A stretch of 63,485 bases of DNA, the filler included, from Basidioascus undulatus (taxonomy: Eukaryota), in the NCBI GenBank assembly GCA_000826855.1. It is 11 parts of 11 records of this genome, joined end to end, with 100 filler letters (N's around TTAATTAATTAA, not from the genome) between each part and the next. Parts side by side here need not be neighbours in the genome. Positions count along the whole stretch, not along the records: positions 32,608 to 36,397 come from JTLS01002321.1; positions 36,498 to 40,282 come from JTLS01002322.1; positions 40,383 to 44,166 come from JTLS01002323.1; positions 44,267 to 48,047 come from JTLS01002324.1; 7 more parts are not named here. The stretch is one strand, 5' to 3'. The position numbers and the translations under genes were made by a program. The notes beneath the pieces are model-generated. The model worked only from the letters and a program-made list of their open reading frames with translations. It searched no databases and was not told the DNA's origin. Positions 33,153-44,345 of the stretch are shown piece by piece. Each line of letters starts with the position of its first letter. Positions within the stretch are counted from its first letter, which is position 1.

Positions 33153-33771
33153 TTATTCCAGGCCCAACATCGCAAGGATGATATCCTCCTCGCCATTCAC
33201 GTCCCCCAATACCCCAAGTATCCCCTCCCAACCATCGTAAAAGCCAGGGGCGTCTCATCCAACTCCCTAGTCCTCTCGATGTCGAGCGGCCTGTAGAGCC
33301 TATCCCTCCGCTCCACGCCGCGCAAATGCTGCGCTTTGACCAAGTACCGCTTTGGGGAGGCGTGTACGCCCCGAAAGCCCGCGCCGTGCGATAGTAGTTC
33401 GAGAACCGCCAAGGCAGGTCCCTGGATCCATGGTCGGCGAAAAAGTCGGAAGAACCTGCGTGGATGCTGGCGCTCAGCGGGAACATGCCGCAGAAGACGA
33501 CGGACCCGCCCACGCGCGCCTACTGCGCCAGACGGGCCCGAAGCGCCCAGTTGGAGGGGTCGTAGACGCCAGCGTCGCCGACGAGCACGGCGTGGAAGGT
33601 GTGAGAGAAGGAAAGCGGGAAGAGGTGCGCGAGTGCGGTGGGGACGTCGAGGGCCTGGATGACCTGTGCACGCGCGCAGAGCGTGTGGAGGAGCGGCGCG
33701 TTGATGGCCTTGAACTCCATAGCTTCTTCAAGAGCGATGAAAAGAACTGTGGGCTTGCTTGAATAGGACAT
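33153..33771 (-). pseudogene. Disrupted intronless gene of an uncharacterised fungal family (G.GYLGY.GDVN.E C-terminal motif)
   Basis: MSYSSKPTVLFIALE...AVLVGDAG...LAQ*ARVGGSVVFCG has an in-frame TAG at 33520-33522. It then shifts frame to YLVKAQHLRGV...ETPLAFTMVGRGYLGYWG and again to DVNGEEDIILAMLGLE*. Confidence 0.7.
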
Positions 33772-34595
33772 GTTTCGAAGATTGAACGGCAGAAGTGAAC
33801 GGCAGAAGACAAAAAAAGTCGTTGATGTTTTGCGAGCAGTAAAAGGGCGGGACGTCGAGTCCTCGAGGGTAGTAAGACGTTGCATCAATACGTAACGATT
33901 GGTATTGGTACCACAGCGTAGAGCGTAAGTGTACAATGCGATTTGGTTTCCTTGCACTATTACAGGCCAAGCGCACGAAAAATTCAGTGCACAACCCGGA
34001 ATGGACGCCTTGCATCACCGAGCGCTGGACAGGGTCTCGAAAGCTCCAACACGACGGTGTTCCCTGAACGGTAGCATTGCCATCGGTACAGACACGACGA
34101 AGTGAGCAGTAAACAATTACAAGGGGTCTTGAAGTGATATCGAAGTACAACACAGCTCTGTCAACGAGGAGAGTGCGGCCGAAACATACCCACCTGATCC
34201 CGAACCACTCCCCAAAGTGGTTTCGCAAACACAAAGTCAGCGCCCAAAGAACATTTCCTCTCTATTTTCCTTCTTATTGCTACTCAGTTCCTTCCACTGC
34301 AACGCGTCACCGCACCGTCTCGGACCAGAGATCTGAAGCCTCAACGGGACTTGACCCACCTGCCGTATCCGATGTCCCAGATATCAATATCTGCCACAAG
34401 GCACCACCGCCCCTCCGCTTGATCCCGCACTTATATCCGGGGAAGTCTAGCCATTTACGCGGGCTTCTTATAGAGGCTATCTGAGCTGGGAGAATATCCC
34501 ACTGTACCCTGCCAGCTTTTCACTCACAGCCTTTACCTCGTAGTCGCTTTCGTACTCCCGTTGTCTACCTTCACATCAACGGAAAGCTCAGGAAA

Positions 34596-35509
34596 ATGCA
34601 GTACTCCACACTCGCCGTTGTTCTTACTGCCGTGAGTGGCCTATCCTCTCCTGTTCGTGCCTGGACTGCGTTGACCTGACTGTGGCCGTGTCCTACTACC
34701 TTAGACGGCGGCCACCGTGCTCGCTGCAAACCATACCGTAACTGTAGGCGGGATTGGCGTAGTCTTTACTCCTCGTACGTCTTCCCCCTCTATACCACTC
34801 ACCCACCTTTCTTTAAAACATTTTGGACAATGGAGTACTGACGGTTTTCACGGCGTCTCAGCGCAAGTTACGGCTGCAGTTGGTACATATCTCCGTTCAC
34901 GATGTCAACGTTCATAAGAGTGACTGACTGCCTCACGGGAACCGAGCATGGTAGGCGACTTTGTCCTCTTCGAGTATGCAAACCCCGACCACCGCACGAC
35001 GCAGTCGTCGTTCGACGCGCCGTGCGCTGCGGTAGAGGGCGGGTACGGCGCTTGGTCCACTTGCCCAGTCATCCCAAGTCCTGATTCTACCGAATGAAAG
35101 GTTTGACTTCCCTTCGGACACTACTGGCGTGCTGGAGGTCACCGACGTGAGCGGACAGAGCGGCTTGCCCGGAGAGTGTGACGGAGTTTTCTGATTGCGA
35201 GGATGATGGACTGGGAACAGGAGAACCCGATCTGGATCTTCTGTCCTGTCAGGCGGCACTGTTCGAATGGAATGGTTGCGGTGTACGTCCCAAGCTCCTC
35301 AGAGCCTCCGTCGGTTCGAGTGGGGAACTCATGATGTTGTACACACGCGTTCAGGATCAACCCTCCGGCCGACGCGTCGCAGACCTTCGAGTGAGCTCTA
35401 CGGTTCAACGCTGCCATGCTGTTAATACGTTGTTGACAACCCTTTTTCGGATGGCAGGGAATTTCAGGCTGCGGCCACGCTGACGGTGCAGACTGTCACC
35501 GTCCTGTGA
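34596..35509 (+). CDS. Small secreted cupredoxin (type-1 blue copper fold), 8 exons
   Basis: Spliced: MQYSTLAVVLTATAATVLAANHTVTVGGIGVVFTPPQVTAAVGDFVLFEYANPDHRTTQSSFDAPCAAVEGGFDFPSDTTGVLEVTDENPIWIFCPVRRHCSNGMVAVINPPADASQTFEEFQAAATLTVQTVTVL*. All introns are GT-AG and preserve frame. Confidence 0.88.
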
Positions 35510-36397
35510 AATGGTGTGCCACGGGTTTTTGGAATAAAAGAAGAGCGTGCTGATGACAGGGGAGACTAGGGGGAATGTGGGACAGTGAACCAGGGAGTGT
35601 ATATTGTTCGTTCCGAATCTAAGATAGGACGGTTGGGGTCTGTCCTGAGGATGTTCGCAATTGAATCTGTTGGTCTTCCGAACAGTGGCTCAGCCGTACT
35701 GTACAGCCGCGGAAGACCTTGCATCTCAGACTCTTCGGTAATCCTTGTGTTCCTACTGCACGCCTGTCAAGACTGGTATAATGCTGCCGCCATCCACCGG
35801 TGCTGCATACATACTCCAGTTGGTGGCGTTGAAGCCTTGAAGCCCAGATGCTTGGCAGCCGGTGGTATCATCTCGCTCGCATCTCACGATTCCTGGATCC
35901 TCAGACAGTACGTAGCCGAATAAACCTGACAGTTTGTTTCCCTATTGAACGTCCATCTTCATGGCTAGATTACAGAGATCCTCGCCCGAGAACTGGGTCT
36001 GCAATGGGCTGCCTTGCTCAAGCGTGGCAGCGCAACACCTCTAGGACGAGAGTGCCTGTAGATGAGTGCTCATGAATTTTATCGTCTGGAAACCCGCTCT
36101 TGACTACACGAGCGGTTGAGAAGAGGGGCATTGAGAAGCTGAAAAATAAAGGAAACAACGACCGCACCAGGACTGGGCCCGATTCTCTCCGAAGGGACCG
36201 GGCAAGGCCGAAAGCGGACGCATTCCATTGCACGGATTCAAGCACGCTGGCGCTGTGGTCTTCTCGCTTCGCTGTCACCGCCGCCGCCCTTCCGTTTCCC
36301 ACCGCACCGCTGCCCAGCACGTTGCCCTTCACCACCATCACCACCGCCCGGTGCATGTCCACTGCCGCCCGCCGGCTCTCCCACACCTCTGCACACC

Positions 36398-36497
36398 NNN
36401 NNNNNNNNNNNNNNNNNNNNNNNNNNNNNNNNNNNNNNNNNTTAATTAATTAANNNNNNNNNNNNNNNNNNNNNNNNNNNNNNNNNNNNNNNNNNNN
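36398..36497. other. Artificial contig spacer
   Basis: N44-TTAATTAATTAA-N44. Confidence 0.99.
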
Positions 36498-36556
36498 GCT
36501 TTTCCCCATTCATCTCCTGCATTCTCAAACTACGGCCTGACATAACGGGCGGGCAG

Positions 36557-38165
36557 GTGCTCCTCCCTCAGCACCTTCCTGCGCCTCCCGCATGCCCGCG
36601 CGGGTGCCCAAGCGCTCTACCTCCCCTCCCAAGGCGGGGAGAAGCTCTACGAAGTCCAGGCTGTCGCGCCTGAGGCAAGGCGGAGCTGGTTCGTCGGGGA
36701 GGCGGTGGTTAGCGGTACGTTCCTTCGGTGAAGGGAAGAGGGCAAGGAGGGAGCGAGGCTGATGAGCAGACGGGGGGAGGTGGGATAGATGGGAAGCTGT
36801 TGGTTTTGAGTGCGGTGGACCCGGTGTTCGTCGTGCTGCCTGTCCTGCTTTCCGTCAAATCGACATCCGTGCGTGCCTTACCCTCTCCCCTACGATCCCA
36901 TCCAAAGTGTTGCTGAACGGGTCGCATACGGACCCAGGAACCGACCGCCCCCCTCCGCTCCCTCCCCTTCCCAGACCTCTTCGCACACGCAGCCAGCACG
37001 CTCGCCAGCCCGTCCGTCCTCGCCCTCCCGGCGCTCCCGGCGGTCCAGCGCGCGCTGGCTAAGATCTGCGAGATCAACGGTGCGTCTCTTCTCCCTTTCC
37101 CCTCTTCTTCTTCTGCTTATCTCGCTCCCACCTTTCCCTGCTCTCTCTGTCCCTCCCCCCTTCCCTCCTCTCCCTCCCACTCTTCTTCCCCCCACTCGAC
37201 CTCGCCGGACTGATCGTCTGAGTTCTCTTTGGAACCATAGAGCCCGCCCCCGATCTCAAAACCTACCGCCTCTCCCCGCCTCTCCTCCTCTCGCTGCTTC
37301 AGCGCAAAATTGCGCGCATCGCGCAAAAAGACGCGTTCGAGAGCGTCCCTGCGCTCTCACGCGCGTTGGAGCGGGAGGGCTATGCGTCGGAGGAGCTCAA
37401 GGTCGGTGCGTTGCTTTCTTCCCTTTCCCCTTCCTCCTTGTCCCCATGTGTTGGTTTACTCAACATGACGCGCTGGGGATTCGCAGAGGCACGGACGAAA
37501 GCAGCCCTAGAGATCGTCGTGTCTTACCTCCCCCCGTCCCTCGCGCTCGAGCTCGAGAAACTATACCCGTGCGTCTCTCCCGCCCCCTCCTTCCTCTTCC
37601 TTTCCCTAAACCCTCCCACACCACAGTCTCCCCCTCCTCACCGCCCACTCCCTCCCCACGCCCCCCCTCTCGCGCACCTCCTCCTCCACCACCATCGCGG
37701 CCGAGCCGACCGACCTCGGGCTCATCTCCGGGCAGGGCCGGTCGGGCAGGGGGATGGCAGTATCCTCGGGGGGAGGAGGAGCGAAGGCGGGGGAGAAGAA
37801 GGGCAGTCGAGGGGTTGAGGCGCTGAAAAAGTATGTTCGGAGGGAAAGAGAGGGAGAGGGAGGGAGGGGAAGAGGGGGTGGAGGATGGATGCTGATGTGG
37901 GTGCGGGGTTTGGGGTGGCAGGGTTAATACGTCAAAGATGCGGAAACTCGATACGTTCTTCTCGAAGCGGCCTACGCGGGCGAGTACGGCGGCGGCGGCG
38001 GCTGCTTCTCCTTCTCCTGAGGGGGCGGCTGGTGCGGCGAAGAAAGAAGAAGAGAGGGAGAACGTAGAGGGGAAGGAGGTAGTTGTGGAGGTGCAGGAGA
38101 AGGTGGTGGAGAAGGTCGAGGTGCAAGTAGAGGTTTCGGTGGAAGCGGAGGGGGCGGAGACCTAG
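36557..38165 (+). CDS. RNH202: Ribonuclease H2 subunit B, 5' partial, multi-exon
   Basis: FLRLPHARAG..ALYL, LYEVQAV..EARRSWFVG..V/DGKLLVLSAVDPVFVVLP, ALEIVVSYLP and C-terminal PIP box LKK/VNTSKMRKLDTFF. Confidence 0.88.
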
Positions 38166-38171
38166 AGCAGG

Positions 38172-38340
38172 AAGGATGTTGGGATGGTCGGTGGATGCTG
38201 GACTGCTGGGATGTTGGACTGCTGGGATGCTGGGATGCGCATTGCAATGTACTACTACTTTCTTCCATACTCTCTATTGCCTACCCACCTTTACGCTGCC
38301 GGCCCACCTTTACGCTGCCGGCCCATCTCAACGCTGCCTG
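38172..38340. repeat. Short imperfect tandem repeats between convergent genes
   Basis: GGATGCTG/GGACTGCTG-like units at 38175-38240. CCCACCTTTACGCTGCCGG occurs twice plus a degenerate third copy at 38284-38340. Confidence 0.7.
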
Positions 38341-38470
38341 TCATCCCAACACTGCCAGCCCATCTCAACCCTTTCTCCACAGCCAGCCCACACCCTCTCC
38401 CCCGTCTTTCCTCCCCAGCTTCAACTCGCATGCACCCCACACCAATCTCTTCACCCCTCAATCAATCACA

Positions 38471-39552
38471 TCAAAGTACCCCCCTCACCGTCCCCCTTGC
38501 AAAACACACCGCCCCCGACTCGCCAAGCCTATATTGCTGCTCGATGGGCTGGAACGCGCCCCTCCCCGCCCCTCCCTCCTCCTCGTCGCTTTCGGAGGGA
38601 GGGGAGTCGTCCCACAGGGCACCGGGGGATATGCGGATCTGCTCGGCCGAAGAAGGACGGTAAGCGGTGGAAGTGAGGGAAGAGGGAAGAGCAGGGAGAG
38701 GGAGCGGGGAGGAGAGGAAGAGAGGCGGTCTATGGGGGGAAGGGAGAGTAGGGGGCAGAGACAGGGGAGACGGAGAAAAGGGGAGGACGCACTGTGCCGG
38801 AGATCTCGGCAGAAAGGCCAGTCGCGAGCGGGAGAGTTTGTATGACCACCGAAGCGTGCGCAGCGAGGCTTGGCAGCGGCGTGGGCTCATGAGATACGAC
38901 CACCAATCTCGCATCCGCCTTGAACCTCGCCCAACCCCACCAATCAATCAGCGTCCTCCTCTCTGATCCCAAGCACAAAGGAGACGACCACTCACAGCCC
39001 GCACAGCTCCCCTCAGCCCCCCCAAGAACCGCCCCACCTCCCGCTCGCCAAACCCGAGCCATACAAGCTGGCTGACGTCCTCAACTAGGACGAGCGCGCC
39101 GGGGGAGAGGGCCTGGGCGATTTGGTCGAGGAGCGGGTGGAGAGAGGGGGAGGGAAAGGAGAGGAAGGGGAGGAAGGTAAGGGTGTGGGAGGAGAGGAGG
39201 GGGGGGAAGTCGATTCCCTGCGGGGAGTTAAGTTGGTTTGATGAATAAGAAGGCGAGGGGAAGAGGAAGGGGAGAGGAGGGGAGGGAGAAGGGATGGGAA
39301 GGGAGGAAGGAAACGTACCAACCGCTTCCCCACCGCAGCCCAGTGCGCCTGGCTCTCCTCCAGCGCCACAACTACCGCGCACGGTGGCTGCTCCGCCTGT
39401 GTAGGGCGTTTGGATTTGCGCTTGAGGTGCGATGCGAGGAGGTGCTGCAGGACAAAGTGGGCGGGGGAGGACGGCGTGTCGAATATGAGTGTGAGGGAGC
39501 GCGCGGGGAGGTGCGGCGGGAGGAGGGAGGAGAGGGTGGTAGTTGACGCCAT
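38471..39552 (-). CDS. ELP6: Elongator complex subunit 6-like (RecA-like fold)
   Basis: LTLIFDTPSSPAHFVLQHLL, AHWAAVGKRL/GID, LVLVEDVSQLVWLG, IQTLPLATGLSAEISGT and QYRLGESGAVCFARGT. Confidence 0.82.
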
Positions 39553-39760
39553 AACTTCTTCCAGAACTTGGGAGGAAGTGGGAATGCGAAGGAGAAGGAG
39601 CAAGGAGCAAGGAGCAAGAGAAGACGCGTTGGGTGAACGAAGTTGGGCGAGCGCGAGAAAGTGGGCGGGCGGAAACCTGCCGCCTCTGCCTTCTCGCTTC
39701 GTCTTGTCCTCAATCCATCATCCTGCTTTGCTTTTCGTTGAGTGGGGGTGAAAGCACACG

Positions 39761-40282
39761 ATGCCGCACGCCACGCAAATGCGCGAGCCGGGGAACCTAT
39801 CCAACTCGATGCGCGAAAACTACAGCATGGGCGTGGACAAGTACTACCAAGTCCGTCTCCTTGCCCTTACCCACCTCCTCTCCTCTCCATTCCTCCCCAT
39901 CTTACCCTCCAATAACGGACAGATTGTCTCCGAGTCGTATAGGAACCCGCACTATGAAGGGGTGTGCAAGGTGGGGTGCAAGAAGAAGGCAGGGGAGGAG
40001 GGAGGGGAACTGATGAATGGGTGGGAGGAGGGATAGGTCCTGAATGAGTTCTTGACGCTGTGGTGGAAGCGCGAGGGCGCGGGGATGGAGGGAAGAGCGA
40101 TGAGGGTGATGGACCTTGCGGCTGGGAGGTGCGCTTCGTCTTCCTCTCCTCTTCTGACTTCCCTCGCGACGCGCTGAAAGAATGCCTGGGCATGCAGCGG
40201 AGAAGCCACCGAAGCCATCCTGAACTGGCACCGCTCCCACCTCCCTTCCTCCTCGAGCACCACCTCCTCCACTCCCACCCGC
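39761..40282 (+). CDS. Uncharacterised SAM-dependent methyltransferase-like protein, 3' truncated
   Basis: Spliced GVDKYYQ/IVSESYRNPHYEGVCK/VLNEFL...RVMDLAAG/.GEATEA, a motif-I-like DLAAGxG. Confidence 0.65.
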
Positions 40283-40382
40283 NNNNNNNNNNNNNNNNNN
40301 NNNNNNNNNNNNNNNNNNNNNNNNNNTTAATTAATTAANNNNNNNNNNNNNNNNNNNNNNNNNNNNNNNNNNNNNNNNNNNN
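40283..40382. other. Artificial contig spacer
   Basis: N44-TTAATTAATTAA-N44. Confidence 0.99.

Positions 40383-40420
<38 letters not shown>
40383..40420. repeat. Poly(T) homopolymer at contig start
   Basis: 38 consecutive T. Confidence 0.95.
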
Positions 40421-40421
<1 letters not shown>

Positions 40422-40959
40422 GCTTGGAGCCCAATACAACCGAGCGAGCAAACCGTCCATATATATTTGGCAACACAGGGGATAACCTCTCAAACTCAGG
40501 TTCATGGCGAATGAGCGGCCGAATCATCACTTGACGTAGCGAGCTGCCAACATGTAAGCTGCATACTCGTGTGTACGTTCCTCATTTTTCTTCCAGTGGC
40601 TTACGACCTGCTTCGTGTGGAAAGTCTACATCCTAATTGGCGTCTTATTCTATAAGCCCTGAGAGCAGGTCAGGGAAGCTAATCCGCCATGCAGCCACTC
40701 AAAAGGGGTCAACTTCGAACTTAAAAAGGTTGTGGCGCTCGAATGCCAAAATGCAGCAGGTTTGCCTGCGACTCGATTGTAGTGCGCGGAAAAATCTAGG
40801 TGAACCGTCATATGAAAGCAATAGCGAGTATCCCGTACTCGAATGCGGTAGCGGTTGAGCTGCCCGCAGCCAAACGTCGATGCCTTCCTCGGCGAGGCCT
40901 CTACACATCCAAGTCCAAGGGCTGCACCAACTGCTGTGCATTGTCACCCATTTCATCCG

Positions 40960-41631
40960 CTACACCTTGCTCCTCCTTGTAGGCTCATCTTTCCTTTCGT
41001 TCATCCACGCCCCCTTCGGCCACTGCGGGCCCTCCCAGACGCGCACATCCTCGCCTTCAGGCAACCGTCCCACCTCCGCATCGATCTCCACGTTGATCTT
41101 GACCTTGTCGGGCGAGCAATGGGCTAGGATGATCGTGATCCTGCCGTCCTCCTTCACTTGTTCACATTGCTGTTACCCTAACATCCGCCCAGCCCCAGAA
41201 CAAACATCAGCTCACCTGTCATCACGCAGGACGGTGCGTGGGCGTGCGGAGAGCACGTACGCCTCCACAATAGAGCGCTGCGTGAGATGGTCCAGCTTCG
41301 ATGGAACGCAGAGGCTCAGCTGGAGGGCATGCTCGTGCCGACTGCTCCACTCGTCGATGTCTCTTGCATAAACGAACGACCAGCTGTAGCGCTCTCGATT
41401 CCAGTGCTTAACGTTTTCAAAGTGGGCTGTGGAGCGAGGCATTTACTATCAAGGCATGGGAATGTAAGGGTAGAAGGGAGTCCAAGGACAACACTCACGG
41501 ATTGCGAAAGACGACGGGTCGGACGTGAGCTCGATTCGCTGCGGCGCGTGCGGACGGTGTGGATGTGGGTGGCTCTGGTTGTTGTTCGAATGCCCAGGCA
41601 TATGAGAGGAAAGCGTGTGGAGGAGTCCCAT
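40960..41631 (-). CDS. Hypothetical 3-exon protein
   Basis: MGLLHTLSSHMPGH...SSFAI, GTGAGT...CAG intron, PHFENVKHWNRERYSWSFVYARD...DDR, GTGAGC intron, then EDGRITIILAHC...VWEGPQWP. No family recognised. Confidence 0.5.
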
Positions 41632-42609
41632 TTTTATGTATGTCCAGTTTAATGAGACGGGGGGAGATGGTGATGGTGGGAGGCGTGGATTGCTGGACTC
41701 TACGTTGGTCGTTCGCGATGCTTCCACGAGTTGAGTTCGGGACGAGTTGGTTCCGCCCTTTCAATGTGCGCCCGTAGCTATGGTCACTGGTGTTAGTGTA
41801 TTTCTTCAAGGGTTCTCAACTCATATTGAACCGCATAATCTGCGCATGGCGGAATGGTCGGTTCGCGGCGGGGTGGACATCGCCAGGAGGAACGATGTAC
41901 TATACACGCGGCACTCTACGCGGCTCGCGGTCAGATGCAACAAGTCGTCAAGTGACAAGGCCCTACACACCAAATCAGACACTGCGACTACATCCTCAAT
42001 TGAACACACAAGAGGAAAGCTGTCAGGGACCTGCCTATCGAGGGCTTGCACAGGCTATAAAGGACGAAATGGGGTGTGTTGCAACAGGAAACGGTGAAAA
42101 TCACAACACTCGTACTGTGTGTTTTGGCTCCATAAATTCAAGAACGGTTTAAACTTACCTCTTAGCTGGTATTTCCCACGTAACGAACTCGCAGGTGGAT
42201 GACAGCGTTCGCAGCGGCTGCCATGTCGCCGCGAATCGTGGAGCCGACTTGTTCTATGCTTCGTGATCAGGTCCTAGTTGATAGCCCTGAAGTTGGCACC
42301 GTTCTCCTGTAGTTGCCCTCAGGAAGTTGCAACTGAACTCATTTCACAGATTGCCGCTCATTATGGGCAGGGTCTGCAGCTTCTAGACTGCAGCTTCGCC
42401 GGCATTTCAACTTGAAACGACATCAGCTCGCCCCACTTGCTGCGGGCAAGAGACTACCACGTTGTGACGTGCAGCCGCAATTCAGCAGCTCTTAAAAAGA
42501 ATGCAGTGTGAAGGCAAGGCATAGGGTATCGTGTCTCTCCGGCACCTCATCGCATCTCCCACACAAGCCACTCTCCCCCAACTCCCCTCAATCCTCTTCC
42601 ACCTCTACA

Positions 42610-43778
42610 TCAGAACCACCCCCAAACCTTCGCCAGCACCACGGCGTGCGCGACTCCGAGGCCGATGAGGAACGGCCAGAGAAGCGCGAGCCAGTCGCGG
42701 GGCTCCTTGGGCTTGTGCTGTTGCGCGAGGGCGACCCAGGGATTGGAGGACGCCGTAAAAGAGGGTGCGGCGAGGAACGGGTTGGGGAGAGGAGGCAAAG
42801 AAGGGGCGGATGCGGTGAGGGAGGCGAAGAGGGAGGAGTTGAGCCGGAAGGCGGTGTTCGCTTCGGCTGCCAGGGCAGCTGTGGGCGGAGGTGAAACAGT
42901 GTCAGAAGGGGACGAAGGGACAAATAAAGGGCTCCCGCGCACCTTTGGCCTTCTCCTCCTTAACGCCCTCGTCCATCCCATCCCTGTACCACTCCTTGAT
43001 CCTCTTCATCTCCCCCAGCCCAGCCTCGCCCTTGCCCTTGCCCTTCGCCCCGCCCAGCGTCCCAAACTCAAAGAACTCCAGCCCCTCCCCTCCACTAAGC
43101 CCATACGCCTTTGCGACACTCCGCTTGATCACCTGCCCGCCTGACAGGTCGCCGAGGTACCGCACATAGGCGTGCGAGAGGAGGAGCTCCGGGGACGAGG
43201 CAGCGATGGTGCGCAGGCGGGACGTGTAGGCTGTGAGTGTGGCGGGAGGGGAGGAAAGGAGCGCCTGGGTGAAGGGGTGCTTCCGCCAGGTGGGCGTCTG
43301 GAGGAGATGCGCGAGGTCAGAGGAGAGCGCGGAGGTGCGCGCGAGGAGGGCCGGGTTGTACGTGGGCGCGAGGGCAGGGTTCGCAGAGTTCTCGTCGAGC
43401 CCGCGCTCGAGCTCACTGATCATACAGCCTGCGCTCAGACGCAAGTGGAGGAGTACGATAGGGATGGTGTGACGCACCTGTAGACCTCGTGCAAGCAGAT
43501 GGTGAACTGCACAAAGCGCGCGTACTCGAGCTGCCCGCCCACGAGCAGCTTTGCCCCGCCCGACTCCTCCGCGTTGCTGTGCGCTGCGGCTGTCGCGATG
43601 CGGAGGAGCGCCGAGGTGGGCAGAGAGAGATCAAGGTCGGGAGAGACGGGCGTGGAGGGCGCCGAAGGCGTCGGCAGGAACTGCGCGTTGGCGAGGGTTC
43701 TCGGGTGAGATCGACTGATCGACGCTGATCGACAGAAGGAAGACGTACGGTCACTGGGGAAGACGTGCCGGATGACAT
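42610..43778 (-). CDS. HMX1: Heme oxygenase with a C-terminal membrane anchor
   Basis: LLRIATAAAHSNAE (proximal His), VY/SELE, LLLSHAYVRYLGDLSGGQ, EANTAFRLNSSLF and hydrophobic tail WLALLWPFLIGLGVAHAVVL. Confidence 0.92.
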
Positions 43779-44166
43779 TTCGTATTGTTCTACGGAGTTC
43801 GGGAGACGCAAAATGAGGATGATAAAGCGAGATGGTGGCAAGAGGAGACGAAAGGGAGGAAACGGGGCGGGAGAGAGCAAGTCCTTCAAACAGTCCAGGC
43901 GGACCGCGGATTCTCAGTGTCGATCGCGTGCGCCTTCTCGACTATTGTACCTTATTGAACTTTCGGGCAATCGATTATCTTATCGCAACTTGCGCCAGAA
44001 GGGAGTGATCACGCACTTTTTCCTTATTCTCTTGCTGTTCGGTCCGTCAGGCAGCAGATCGAACGCTGCGGCGAGCTCAACACGTGTGCTTGTCCTTGCA
44101 GACAAAGCCTGGCACCGCACACTTGGCGGGTCGGTTATGGTCGGAAGGGGGGGGGGGCAATAATCA

Positions 44167-44266
44167 NNNNNNNNNNNNNNNNNNNNNNNNNNNNNNNNNN
44201 NNNNNNNNNNTTAATTAATTAANNNNNNNNNNNNNNNNNNNNNNNNNNNNNNNNNNNNNNNNNNNN
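44167..44266. other. Artificial contig spacer
   Basis: N44-TTAATTAATTAA-N44. Confidence 0.99.
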
Positions 44267-44345
44267 GAGAGGTCAAAGGGGGGAGAGGTCAAAGGGGGAG
44301 AGGTCAAAGGGGGGAGAGGTCAAAGGGGGGAGAGGTCAAAGGGGG
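44267..44345 (+). repeat. G-rich minisatellite, about 5 copies of AGAGGTCAAAG(5-6), cut by contig start
   Basis: Direct tandem repetition with variable G-tract length. Confidence 0.9.

Noticed and set aside
44267..44345. Telomeric repeat
   Set aside because: The unit is not TTAGGG-like, and the G-rich strand points into the contig, the wrong polarity for a left chromosome end.
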